Assembly: GCA_002269645.1 (NCBI GenBank)
Contig: NIVC01002758.1
Location: 1-64,000 of the forward strand
Length of the DNA: 64,000 nt
Direction: 5' to 3'
Origin: Macrostomum lignano
Taxonomy: Eukaryota
Under the pieces are notes generated by a model. The model saw nothing but the letters and a program-made list of their open reading frames with translations, did not search any database and was not told the origin of the DNA. Positions 1 through 11,600 of the stretch are shown here, piece by piece. Within the stretch, counting starts at the first letter, position 1. Each line of letters opens with the position of its first letter. The translations under genes were made by a program, and so were the position numbers.

Positions 1-979
1 CGCAGTGATGTACAGGGACCCAGAAAGGGACTGGGCTGGCGACCCATCACTGAGCTCATCATTGATGGACAGGTGACCCAAGAGCCTTGGTGTCTAGTTG
101 AGAAGCCAGGCTACAAGAATCTGACAATGGAGAGCTGCCAGCGTGCCCGACTGCTGTGAGTTCCTAATGACTATTTTAAAGGGACAGCACGGTCCTCATA
201 TTCTAAAAGTACGTAGAAAAACTTACTTTTTGAAAATCCAAATTGCAGCATCTTCGCTGAAGTGCATCTCAGGCCTGCTGCACCAGAAGTACGGACCTCA
301 CGTGCTCTCCAAGCTGGTCGGTCCGAGCTTGGACGTCACCCTGCTCGACTGCAGCTTCGGTGACAAGAAGTGCACACCGGCTGACTTCACTGCGCTGCAC
401 CATCCCTACTACGGCGCCTGCTACAAGTTCAACAGCGCTCCGTTCCTTCGAGACCTGACGCCGATGCAGCACGGTTTGCGTCCGCTCAGTCTGAAGCTAT
501 TCGCCGACGATCACGACTACCTGGGGAACCGGCGTCCGGACACCTTCACGGCCGTCCGAGCAGTCATGGGCGGCCCGTACAATCTCGGAGAGCGAGTGAC
601 CCGGCTGGATTCAACTTGATCCTGATGCCGCCGGGAGCTTATCCGGGCACCTCACATGCCATTCCAATTTACACGGGGGCTCGGTCCACTGTTCGAATAA
701 GCTACTTCGAGGACACGGACAACACAACAAGAGGTTTTTGCAACCCTCTGAAGTCAAGCACCAACTACAGTATCTACAGCTGGAGCCCGACCGTGCTTCG
801 ACCAAGATACGAGCAGAGCTTTTCGATGCTGGATCCGTACTTTTTGTGAGTTTGAGCAACTTTAGCTCATGTAAATGTAAAAAGCCGTTTTACTTCTTAT
901 ATGTTGTGAGATTGTATTTCCGTTGATTTGTTTAAAAAATGAAAATGCAAATTATTTCTTTTCGCAAATGATATTGATA

Positions 980-1710
980 TCGCTTTTGACAAGCTAAATG
1001 GAAATTTGGACAATCAAAACGGGACGCAATAGACATTCAAGCCAGGCCGCAGACTCGGGCTGCTTGGGAATACACAACCATAGAGTGTGAAATGGACAAT
1101 CAAAACGGGACGCAATAGACATTCAAGCCAGGCCGCAGACTCGGGCTGCTTGGGAATACACAACCATAGAGTGTGAAATGGACAATCAAAACGGGACGCA
1201 ATAGACATTCAAGCCAGGCCGCAGACTCGGGCTGCTTGGGAATACACAACCATAGAGTGTGAAATGGACAATCAAAATGAAAAAAAGCCATTCAAAACGG
1301 GAATTTGCCCAATGTAATGTATTTTTTATATCTCGGGCCACTGGAATATTTAAAAAGTGAAGAAAGTGCCAGTTACCGGAAGATTCTTGCTCTTGTTCAA
1401 TCGCATCTATGAGCCGCTGGCGATCTGCTACAGGAATTGGTGACGCCATTGAATGGGATCGCTTTCAGGCCAAAGACGAGCAAGCAGGAGAGGGAGGGAC
1501 AGAGAGCTATAAAATCTCAGTCCGATTTCCGTTTTGAATCGCTTTTTACCATATGAAGGTCCAAAGTTATAGTCTATGGCCAAGCCTCCCTCAGTAGACT
1601 CTGAAAGAACTGTTTAAGTCCATGACTAGGGTGAGATCTGTGGCCTGGCTTGAATGTCTATGGCGTCCCGTTTTGATTGTCCAAATTCCCATTAATATCG
1701 CCAAAAGCGA
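980..1710. mobile_element. Non-autonomous TIR element (Tc1/mariner-type MITE)
   Basis: ~74-bp imperfect inverted repeats (980-1053 vs 1637-1710, core GGACAATCAAAACGGGACGC.ATAGACATTCAAGCCAGGCC), with TA at 978-979 and 1711-1712. Confidence 0.75.
1008..1277. repeat. 86-bp tandem repeat, ~3 copies, inside the MITE
   Basis: GGACAATC recurs at 1008, 1094, 1180 and 1266; the units are identical. Confidence 0.95.
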
Positions 1711-2090
1711 TAATACGAAGCTCATTGTCTAACAATTTGACGTAAACACCACACCCCAAGGGAAGGGAAGACGGACGCGAGTGTTTGCGAGTATCGAGTA
1801 CAGTGCGAGTGGATGCGACGGTCCAAAATCCGAAAAATGATGGGAAAAATAGTGAAAGAAAAACGGGGGGCACGCAGAATTCTGGTCACGCTTGCAAGCA
1901 AAATAAAATAAGCAGTCATTAAAACAGCACTTAATCGATAAAACAACAGTCATCATTGCAAAAAAGATAAAATACAAAATAAGAAAAGTGCACGAGTTGA
2001 GAAGAAAGAAACCAGAGCATTTGAGTCCAAGCCAGAGGAAAAAGAAAGCAGACAGCACACAGCTTCTACCCAGAGCAGGCAAACGAAAAA

Positions 2091-3080
2091 TTATAGGCAT
2101 TGAGACAGTTTGCGAACAGCCGCCAGCTGGAGGTCGAAGCCTTTCTCCAGCCCCAGGTACACCTCAACCGCCGAGCTCCGCCAGTCGCCCAGGGCCTTGA
2201 CGACCGGCAGCGGCACACCGGCGCGGAACGCCAGCGAGGCGCCGCCGCGTCGAAGGCTGTGAGGGGACAGAGACCGGTCTGCCAGGCCGGCACGGTGGAC
2301 GACGTGCTGAAACAGGCGACAGAACCGGGTGCCGGTCAGAGGCGTCAGGCCGCCGCTGCTTCGGTAGGCGAAGAGGTGGGCAGCAGCGGCGCGTCGGGCT
2401 GGTTGATGCGCAGGTGGTGAAGCAGCGCTGCCACCGGGCAGAGCGGGTGCTGCGCCGCGTGCCGGAGGCGCGGCAGGACAACGCGGTGCACTCGCTGGCG
2501 GAACTGGTTCGTCTTGGAGCGCCGAATGTGCAGGATGGCCAGATCCGGTGATACTTGCAGGTCGCCGCAGGTGACCGCCTCGCCGGCTGGTGGGAACGGT
2601 TTCGAGCAGCACAGATTGGCGCGGCGCAGGAGGCCCCAGAATCCGACCAGGGCCGCCGCCCAGAAGGCTGCATCTTGAGGCTGCTGCAGGCGCAGGGTTC
2701 CTCGCAGTTTGAGGAGGTCACCCAGAGTGATGGGCGCCTTGCGCACCGGCGGCTTGGCGAGTTTGCGCTGCACACCGCGGAGGAGCAGGTCGAGGCGGGG
2801 GTCGCGAGGAAGGCCGCGGCCGGTCTGGAGCTTGCAGTGCAGGTCTGCGGCGTTAATGTACGCACCGACGCTGGCATGCGAGGAGAGGCGGTCGGACAGC
2901 GCGATGATGTCGTGCGCGACCTGCTGCAGAGACGGTCTGGTGCTGTCGATGCGCATCTGCTTGCAGAACCGCTTCCAGGAGTCGATCTGGCAGCGGTAAG
3001 AGCGCGCGGTTGTCTCAGCGAAGGCCAGGTGGCAGAGCTCGCGGTAGCGCTTGCTGAAGTTCGCGCTCGGGACTTGAGGC
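2091..3080 (-). CDS. Tyrosine recombinase of the retroelement (frameshift near 2390)
   Basis: N-terminal LAFAETTARSYRCQIDSWKRFC, then the catalytic R-K-HxxR-W-Y residues, split over ORFs 2345..2956 and 2091..2612. Confidence 0.9.
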
Positions 3081-3099
3081 GGGCGATTTGTAGGGCGAG

Positions 3100-4690
3100 A
3101 AATTCGCAGGTGGCTGGCGAGAGGGTGTGCTCTCTAAGGTTGCTAAGGTCAACGTGAACAGAGCCAAAGAGCCGGAGCAGGAAGTTTGTCAGCTCGCTGA
3201 TGTCATCGGCTCGGCTGCCACTATCAGCGAAGATCTGGAATGTCCCAGGGACGTGGAAGGCCTGGACGGAGAGGTCGCGGTGCGCAGCGAGGAGCATCAG
3301 CTGTTGCAGAGCCGAGTTGACGACCCGATTTGGCGACGAGCCCTTGTTGATGGCGCCGACTGCGGCGGTGCTGTTAGAGTAGATCACAAGCTGGCTGCCC
3401 AGTTGCAGCTGCTGCTGGAAATGCAGGGCCGTAAGCACTGGCGCGAGACTTTCCTTGAAGTTGATGTGGTTGAGTCGCGGTGCCAGTCCATGATGAGCCA
3501 ACTGGTGGTGTCTGGGCCGCGGATGATGCCGCAGCCGCCCCAGTTGGACGCGTCGGACTCGATGGCCCAGCTGGGCCCGTGGGAACGCCAGATTTTGCAG
3601 CTGGGGGAGGCGGCCAGGCAGGCGTCCCACCAGCTGGATCTCGCGGAGATCATTGTGCACGCGCAGTTTGTGCCGCTGCTGCTTCAGGTCGCTGAGCTCG
3701 AGCAGGAGTGGTCTCAGGAAGCACCTCCCAATGCGGACCACCTGGCAGACCCAGTTGATGCGGCCACAAAGCGATTGGAGTTGGCGCTTGGTGATGCGCT
3801 TGCGAGAGAGCGCGGACTGCAGCTGAGACTTGGTGGCGTCGAGCTTGTCCTTCGGAAGCTCCAGCAGGCCGCTGACGGTGTCGATGAGGACGCCCAGGTA
3901 GACCAGTCTGGTGCACGGCGCCACCACCTTGCTCCAGTTGATGGAGAAGCCAAGCTTCCGCAGCAGATTGAGCAGGGTGTCGAGAGCGAGCTGGCAGTCG
4001 TCCTTGCTGGAGGCTGCTATGGCGAAGTCGTCGAGATAGCTGCCGATATCGTTGAAGCCCCGTCTCTGCATCATGCGCTTGACGGCCTGGCTCAGGCGGT
4101 GAAAAACTTCCACGGAGGCAGCAGCGCCAAAGGGGAGCCGCGTGTCGCAGATGTACGAATCGCTGCGCTGGTCGCTGAATTTCCACTTCAAGCCGGTGAG
4201 CCGAAAATCGTGCGGGCTGATGCCGACACTCCGGTAGGCATTGGCGAGGTCGACTTTGGCCATGAACCAACCGGGCTGCAGCTTGGCGGTGAAGTAACTG
4301 ACGGTCTCGAACTTGATTCGGTAGTCGGAAGAAAATCGGCTGTTTAGGGAGAGACCCGGAGGGTTGGAGCAGTCGTGGGTGAGTCGAATCTTGTTGTTGC
4401 CCTTCGGAATGGCGCCAAGGGCGCTGATGACCTCCGGTTTGTCACTGACTTGAACGTAGTGGCCATCAAGGATTTCCTCTCGCACCTGCTGCTCGACCAG
4501 CTGCCGGTAACTGTTGACTTATAGGTAGTTCTGGATTTCTGACATAGTTGAGGCTCTTTCTGACGGGTCAGGGCAGGTGAGTTGGAAGCCGTTGCGGATG
4601 CCATTCAGCAGGAATTCGCGGTCAGGATCGTCAGCCAGCTCAGCTTCCCAGGCGGCTGTGGCGAGGTCGGATGAGAAAACAACGGACTCG
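3100..4690 (-). CDS. Reverse transcriptase / RNase H of the retroelement (frameshifted)
   Basis: ORF 2164..4485 carries the RT motifs. The RNase H DAS segment is displaced into ORF 3384..3653. The upstream segment DDPDREFLLNGIRNGF lies in another frame. Confidence 0.9.
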
Positions 4691-4699
4691 AGGGGCTTG

Positions 4700-5398
4700 G
4701 GACAGGGCCAGCCGGGGGGCAGCGGGGGTTCGACTTTGGCTTCCGCCGGGGCAGCTGCGCTGCCAGTTGAGCCCCCCGGCCGGCAGAGATCGCGTTGCCG
4801 CCCTGACTTGACTTTGGTGCCAGAATGTGCTTGGATAGCAGCTGCAGCGACTCCCGCTCCCAGCTGCCGCTCGACTGATGTTGCAGGATCCTGAAGTCTT
4901 CATCGTAACAGTTGAGGGTGGCCTGACTGAAACCCTGGTGCATAAACTCGCCGAACTGCACACAGTAGCGAACGTAGGCCTTCAGCTGTTCAAGATCCAC
5001 CGCGCCATCCTTAACGGTGACCAGGGAACCTCGTCGAGGAGTTTCAGCAGGATTCGGTTGCTGCCTGCTACCCACTGACCCGCCGAGATCTGCTCAGTCC
5101 AGACTCTGGACTTCTCGCCGGAGGCAGGCTCCTCGCCATCACGGTTGATAAAGTCCTTTACCAGAAGGGGCTTTGACGGTCCCGACGGCCTGGCAGAAGT
5201 GCTGTAGAGGCCTTGAAGGCCCAGGTCTGGCAGTCCCAGCTCCGGCTCATAGGCAGCAGGGGACCGGTCAATCGGCAAGGGGCTCCGCAACTTACGGCTC
5301 TGTTGGCAAGGCTTGTTCTTCAGCTCAGCCTCGATCTCAGCGGTCTGGCGTTGGAGAGTCCGTTGGAGAGACTTGCAACTCTCGCTTGCGACCGCCAC
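4700..5398 (-). CDS. Gag-like ORF1 of the retroelement (frameshifted)
   Basis: ORFs 4982..5398 and 4605..5075. The YDEDFR...W motif and the position upstream of RT fit a DIRS-group gag. Confidence 0.65.
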
Positions 5399-6639
5399 TG
5401 GGGAGTCCCAGTTGGCGTAGACGGTCTCTAAGCTGCCTTGCAGTCATTTGGTCAATTAAAATTTCGGCCATTGCAATTGCAGCCTAGGCAGCACTCACGG
5501 CACTCCGTACGATTAAAAAAAATTTCATGCAGCGCGAGAAAGGTGAGGCAGGCTGAGTAAAAGCTAGGTGATATAAACCTCACGGCGGAGGGGTGCAGTG
5601 CAGAGGGGGTGGACTTGGGGTGGGTGTTTACAACCAATCAGCAAACGCCGATTGGACACATCATTGTTTATTTCTTACAATATCGCTTACAATAGTCGTT
5701 TTTAATCACTGCCTTCAACTTTCCACTTTAACTTTCCAGCGAATTCAACAGCAGCAGCTGGGTCTTCGAGGACAACCAGGAGTCTTGCGCCAATCTCGCC
5801 GTTGTCGAAGAGTTCGTTGGAAAGTGCGGCTGCCTGCCGTATCCGCTGCCAATTCCGACAAAGTACATCAACATTCCCGACTGCTTTACTTTGGAGAACT
5901 CCAGTTCGGCCGGCATCGACCAGCTGTTGACAACCGAGGCCTGCGCCATCAACTTGTTCAACCAGTTTGAGACGCTCACTGAAACCTTCTGGGCGAAGTG
6001 CAGGCCGAACTGCGGAAAGCCAAAATACTTGACGCAGCTGGTGAGTCAGGCTTAGTCCAGTTGCCCAAAGTGTATAGGTTTGTTTAGGTAATTATTTTTA
6101 CTATCGTGCTTTCAAAAATTTGATATGACTTGGCCTTTTCTTAGTAACCCTGTTGATATTCGTAGAGCCTTTGTTTAAAAACTCAGGGTTCTCTGTCAAT
6201 TTAAAATTCCACATGCATGTCCGGTGCCTAATAATCATAAAAATGGCATACGATCGTATATTAGCCTTTTGTTCTGAACGAAAAGCTCTACGAATATCGA
6301 TAGAGCTACAAGAAAGGCAAATCATGTCAAAAGATGAACTTCGGGTCTGCTTCCAATATAAAGCAATTACAATTTTTTGTGCTGAAAAAATTAAATCCTC
6401 CATTCTCCGTAATGTATTTTTTCGGTAAAACCTGCCTCTTGAGCATCTCCTTCTTCTCAATCTCGTCCTTCTCCTTGAGAATTTACACTTATAACTAGAT
6501 GATTGATGAATGCTTCGTGTTAAGACTGATCAAAGTAAGAAAGAAATTTTCAGTCAAGAATCGCTTGAGAAGTTTGTTTAACGTCACGAACATCATACAA
6601 TACGTGTTCGACATTCATTTCAGTGCAAAAGTGCATTCT

Positions 6640-6950
6640 TGATTTGACTTGGCACCAGGGGGTTCTGGGAATCCGAATCCGGATAGAGCGGGGAGGCGTT
6701 GTCGCCCATTCCGCTAACCTCTGGCGACCACGGGCAGCTGGTGCTGCGGTGTCGCGCAGGGAGACCGGTGGTGCCGGTGTTCGCAGCGCGGTCCCCCTCC
6801 CGGTCTCCCTCGCTCGCCCGGCTGCCCTTGGGTAGCGGATGAGCTGGCAGAGATTCTCGGGCCTGAAAACGGGTCGAGGTAGATGAGCCTGTCCTGAGTA
6901 GAGGCAGGGCATTCTCAGATGAAGTGCTCCGCATTTTCAACAACGGAAAG
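6640..6950 (-). mobile_element. Degenerate non-LTR retrotransposon 3' fragment
   Basis: Similar to 11590-12045 and 14905-15175 (GCAGAGATTCTC.GGCCTGAAAACGGG...GAGCCTGTCCTGAGTA). Confidence 0.6.
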
Positions 6951-8621
6951 GCGCTAGGAGGGCGCTAGCACACCTCTCCCTGTGCTTGGTTGTCACCCAC
7001 TGGTTAAATCCAAGTGGTGACAATTACAAAATGTCTATAAGAAGCTTGTTGCGACAACAGAACCAAAATTCGAGTATTTCCAGTTGAGAACAACTAGTGC
7101 TTTTGGTGTCAAAAAAATCCCTTTTCTATATATTTTCCTATGCTAAAATCTGGTGGGGATCCAAGCATTAATCACAAAGTTATTCACGAAACAAGTTGTA
7201 AAGTTACTTATGGGACACCCTGTATTTCCAATTGAGAACACCTAGTTATGTTTCCAACCTTCCAGACGACTCAGCCGTGGCCCGACGCGTCCCACGCCGC
7301 TTACAACGCGACGCTGCAGTCGCTCACTTCGCTGATCGGCTTCCCGAAGCAGGTGAGCCCCGACCAGGGCCTGACCATGCTCTACTACTCCTACCTGCAG
7401 GGTGAGCAGCTGATCCAGCCCAGCTCCGTGCAGCGCTTCGGCCAGTCGCTGGCCATGCGAGAGGCGGCCCGCAGCAACCTGGCCTGGATCCGGGTCGAGG
7501 CCGAGTACCCGATCGGGTCCGGCAGCGCCCAGGCCGACGGATATCCGGTGGAGAATCTGCTGGCCGAGATGGGCGGCATTCTGGGTCTGTACTGCGGCGT
7601 CTCGGTGCTGACCATCTGCGAGCTGATGGACCTGGTGGGCCGCCTGCTGCACCGTGCCGCACTGCGGTGGATGCGCCGCAGTCAGGTTGGCAGCTCCAAC
7701 GCCAAGCTGAAGGAGCCGTCAACGAATTTATAGTTATCAGATGCTATCGAAACTCGGTAACATCAGCTATGAAGACTAAAGATGCGTGTATATTTTTTCA
7801 TTGTAATCCCTATTTTATTCTCACTCCCACGTTCAGGTATAACATTTTTACCAACGTGAATCCAGCACTTTTAAGCTGACTATCTGATTTCACAAGCATA
7901 TGATCATGTATCTCGTCTATAACATCTTCACCGGTACTCGTCCCGGATCACCATCTAGAAGTCACCTTTGTATCAGGTTTTAATATTCGCATTCCACATT
8001 AAGTTATTTGAATGCTTATAATTTTGCGTAAGGCGATGTGCCTGTTTCCGAGGGGGCTTCATGAGTTTGTGGACTTCTGACTTTGCGTGGATGCGCGCTA
8101 TGCATGTTTGTGCTTTGTCACCTTTGCTGTATCCTTATAAAGAAACTTGATTTTTCTGCCTGAAGCCGCACTTGTCAGTCATTGATTGCGATAAAACTTC
8201 TTCTTTGCCTGTATGATTGCACTATTCAGCTAGGAAAAATACGTAAAATAAAGGAACAAACATGCTCTTTGAATTAAATTATCGTTTGGTGTATTAGCTA
8301 CTGAGCACCGATCTCAAGATATGCTGCAAATGCTTATCCAGCTATTCTAAAGCTACTATAGAGCTTTGCATAGATTTAGTGGGATGGAAGAAGTTCTTGG
8401 GGGGGCATTGGGAAAGCAAAGGCCAATGAAAAAGGAAACCAGCTCTTGTGTTTTCTTCCCTCAGCATCTCTGTGGGACTTATAAGCGGCTACACTATTCT
8501 GTAGTCAATAGCAACCAGCCGCCTACTCAACTTTGGCTCCTAAATAAAGGATAAATTTAATAGTTAGCCCCCGCCAACGAAAGGCCCCTCACCCAAAAAA
8601 TAAAGCAATAAAAGCATCGAA

Positions 8622-11600
8622 ATGAGAGAAGATAAAATGCTAGACACTCCTCAAGTTGAGAATAGCGGCAAACAACAAAGCGATTCCTCAGAAGCCGACA
8701 AGACAGACGAACGCGACGCGTCGGTCTCGGTGTCGCTGCTGAGCTTCGCAGACTCCACCACTGCTCACGGGTTCTCTCGGCTGGCGGGCTCCTCAGGTCG
8801 AACTGGCAGCGGCCTGTGGCTGCTGTTTCTGCTGGCGGCCTACGCCGGCCTCTGCTACCACACCGCCACGCTGGTCCTCAAGTTCCAGAGCCACCCGGTG
8901 TCCACCAGCCTGATTGCGGAGGTTCCATTCCAGTACCCGGATATCTACCTGTGCAGTGCCAATCCTGTAGGCTACAGCCGCATCACCAAGTCCATCCAGA
9001 AGACGGCCGACTACGCCTACCTGTACGAGACCAACGTGACGGCTTACAACTTGAAGCTGCAATTCGATGTGGAAAACAATTCAGCTGCTGAAGTAAGCCG
9101 GGGAATATATACTGGTTGGTTGAACTGGCAGTCAGTGATATTGTCCAGCAAGATTGACTTGGCTCGAGGTAAGGGTACAGAATTTGTGTCTTTTTATATG
9201 TAGTGCACATGACATATCATTTTGCAGTCAGTTTGAGCTTGGTTCGCCGCCAAGTGTAACCTTTTTTATACAACAATGTTCCCCGAAATACATGAAAAAC
9301 ATTATTTTTCACATTTATCGTCATTACTATATTGCAGACCTTCTGAACAGCTGTCGAATCTCTCTGCATGGCCAGGAGTTCGTAGGAAATTACACCACAG
9401 CGCTCACCTACAACCAGAGCTTGCAGCCGGTCCGAGTGCCCTGCCTCACCTGGTCAGAGGCCCGATCGCTCGTTAGCAATATCTCATCCGCCATTGGCAA
9501 TCTGATGCCCAACCTGAACCACTCTTCGTGCGTCTACAACTCCAGTCTAAACGTCTCACTAATCAAGGATGTGTTAGGTTAGTTCCGTTTCTCTGGAAAT
9601 GCTATCATGAAAGGTTTACCGAATGACTTGACGCAACTTGGGAAGATGACTTGAGTTCAAAGTAGGAAGAGAGCTTGTTTTTGTTTGAAGCCTTAATCTG
9701 GTGCAATCCAGAAACTGTTCTCCAAGAACACGGGGCGGCTTCCACAGAAGCAGTCAACATTGCTTTGTTGGTTTGCTCAAAGGCTTTAAACAACTGATTT
9801 CCTATCACTTCAACGTCCCGCTCTTCTGATGCTAATTATCGGCAGTGGCAACAGGCTAATTAATATTTGATTTTGTTTCATATACTCACCTTCTTGTCAT
9901 TTGGCAATCTCTTTTTCAACCCGTCTCGCTTCTCCACTGCATCGCTTTGTCACACAACTCAAAAACTTCTGCGCTCTCATTCACAGTAAGAAAACGTTTA
10001 CATTCTCAGATTCCAGCATCTCAGACAACAGCTACATCATTGGCAGCGTGCTGCAAGGCCCGCTCTGCTTCCACAGATCTGCCAGCAGCGGCAGCGGACT
10101 GGACATCAACTACTGCGGCGTTCCGTATTGCAGTGAGTGAAAAAGATGTCTGTTGCTGAGGTTCAGTTTGACTATTTTTAGGCGGCAGCTAGCAAAGAGA
10201 CAGCAAAAAGTATAGCATTTTGCAAGCTAGTAGAGACTACGAGCAAGCAATTTAATCCAAGATAGCAAAACACATGAATTTTGAGCCTCACTATGTGACA
10301 CTGTGTGTTAAAGTGTGTCAAATCGGCAGGCATTTTAATCCTTGGAGCACTATATTGCTCGGCCTTTTCATTAACTTCATGCATGCCTCCAACCAAACCA
10401 ACCAGGAAGCTCCATATGAAAAAGTTACGACGTAGAGCAAGGTTCAGCAAAAAAATTCACTTAACGAAACCTGCATTGGTATAGTCTCTACTAGCTTGCA
10501 AAATGCTATTGTTGGCCAAGCTTACTTTTAAGCACACTTAAGTACAGACTTGCATAAAAATGCCCTGATGCATGCACCACCCTCTGTGCTCTGTACCAAA
10601 GACAATTAAGTCAACTAGACCATACACAATCTAAAGTCAACTTGACCATAGAGAATAAAGTCAACTAGACCATAGAGAATAAAGTCAACTAGACCATAGA
10701 CAATTAAGTCAACTCGACATAGACAATATAAAGTCAACTAGACCATAGAGAATAAAGTCAACTTGACCATAGAGAATAAAGTCAACTTGACCATAGAGAA
10801 TAAAGTCAACTAGACCATAGACAATTAAGTCAACTCGACCATAGACAAGAAAATCAACTCGACATAGACAATATAAAGTCAACTAGACCATAGAGAATAA
10901 ATTCAACTAGACCATGGACAATAAAGTCAACTTGACCGTAGACAATAATCGTCGGGCACCTTCCGAGCTTCATGTATTAGAAAATGAATTTGCTTTTAAC
11001 TAAATCTAAAGGACTAATAGTGCGGTTCAGAATGAAGGTTAATAAGTAAAAATCTTTCATAAGCGAAATAAAAACAAATCGATTTAACTTTTTGTTAATC
11101 AAGCCTCGCTTATAGAAACCACAAAAAGCTTGAGGCGCATTTTTTTGCAGGCACTATTTTAATGCAGCTGGTTATAAATTATTTATGAACTGTAGGAATG
11201 CTTTAGGCTGACTAACAAAAGAAAAAGAAGACTTGTTCAAGTGTATGAGGGGCCTACTTTACCATGTGCAAGATTTCTCATGCCACTAGCATGAGTTGAG
11301 TCCTACTATGAACTTTCCACGCATATGCAGCAACTAACTAAGGAAAGAGTTCTGTGATAAAAACTAGTACTCGAACAAGTACCATGTCGTTTTTCTGCTT
11401 CTGAAGGCAAGAGATATAAAGATGGTTCAACGCAGAGAACTACTATTGTAGTTAAAATTTTTGATAGCATTGCATTATATGTATTCTATTGTTCAAGTGA
11501 ATTAAAGCAAAATGTCATCTTCTGTTTACATTTTTTTCATAATTTAAGCAAATGAGTTAGTTGCTAAAGTGGCATTGTGTCACTAAAATATGTAGGAAAT

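Larger units (their letters stand above)
1742..5631 (-). mobile_element. Tyrosine-recombinase (DIRS/Ngaro-group) retrotransposon
   Basis: On the minus strand, in order: gag-like ORF, RT (KVDLANAYRSV, DTRLPFG, YLDDF), RNase H (ESDASNWGG, EALA-like FKESLAP, SNSTAA) and a YR domain (GLLRRAN, RSKTNQ, HSLRRGG, GDWRS, VEVY). Ends are marked by the ~18-bp inverted motif GTAAACACC(A)CACCCCAAG at 1742 and 5614-5631. Confidence 0.92.
1..7733 (+). pseudogene. DEG/ENaC (amiloride-sensitive Na+ channel family) paralog 1; 5' part lies outside the window; frameshifted as written
   Basis: Exons ~1-155, ~249-845, 5740-6051 and 7266-7733 with GT-AG ends. Phase-2 join TT|gt...ag|C across 846-5739. Motifs LLDCSF..C..DF..HPYYGACYKFN, CGCLPY, QPWP and TM2 LLAEMGGILGLYCGVSVLTICE. 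Relative to paralog 2 there are three 1-bp indels (~29, ~138, ~593), so this is either a pseudogene or a consensus error. Confidence 0.85.

Noticed and set aside
1008-1277. CRISPR-like array
   Set aside because: The units are contiguous and identical with no unique spacers, and the context is eukaryotic.
2091-3080. Phage or bacterial integrase / horizontal transfer
   Set aside because: The YR lies directly downstream of RT/RNase H and gag, which is the normal DIRS-group layout.
3127-4347. 406-aa plus-strand ORF
   Set aside because: Antisense shadow of the GC-rich RT coding strand, with no recognisable motifs.
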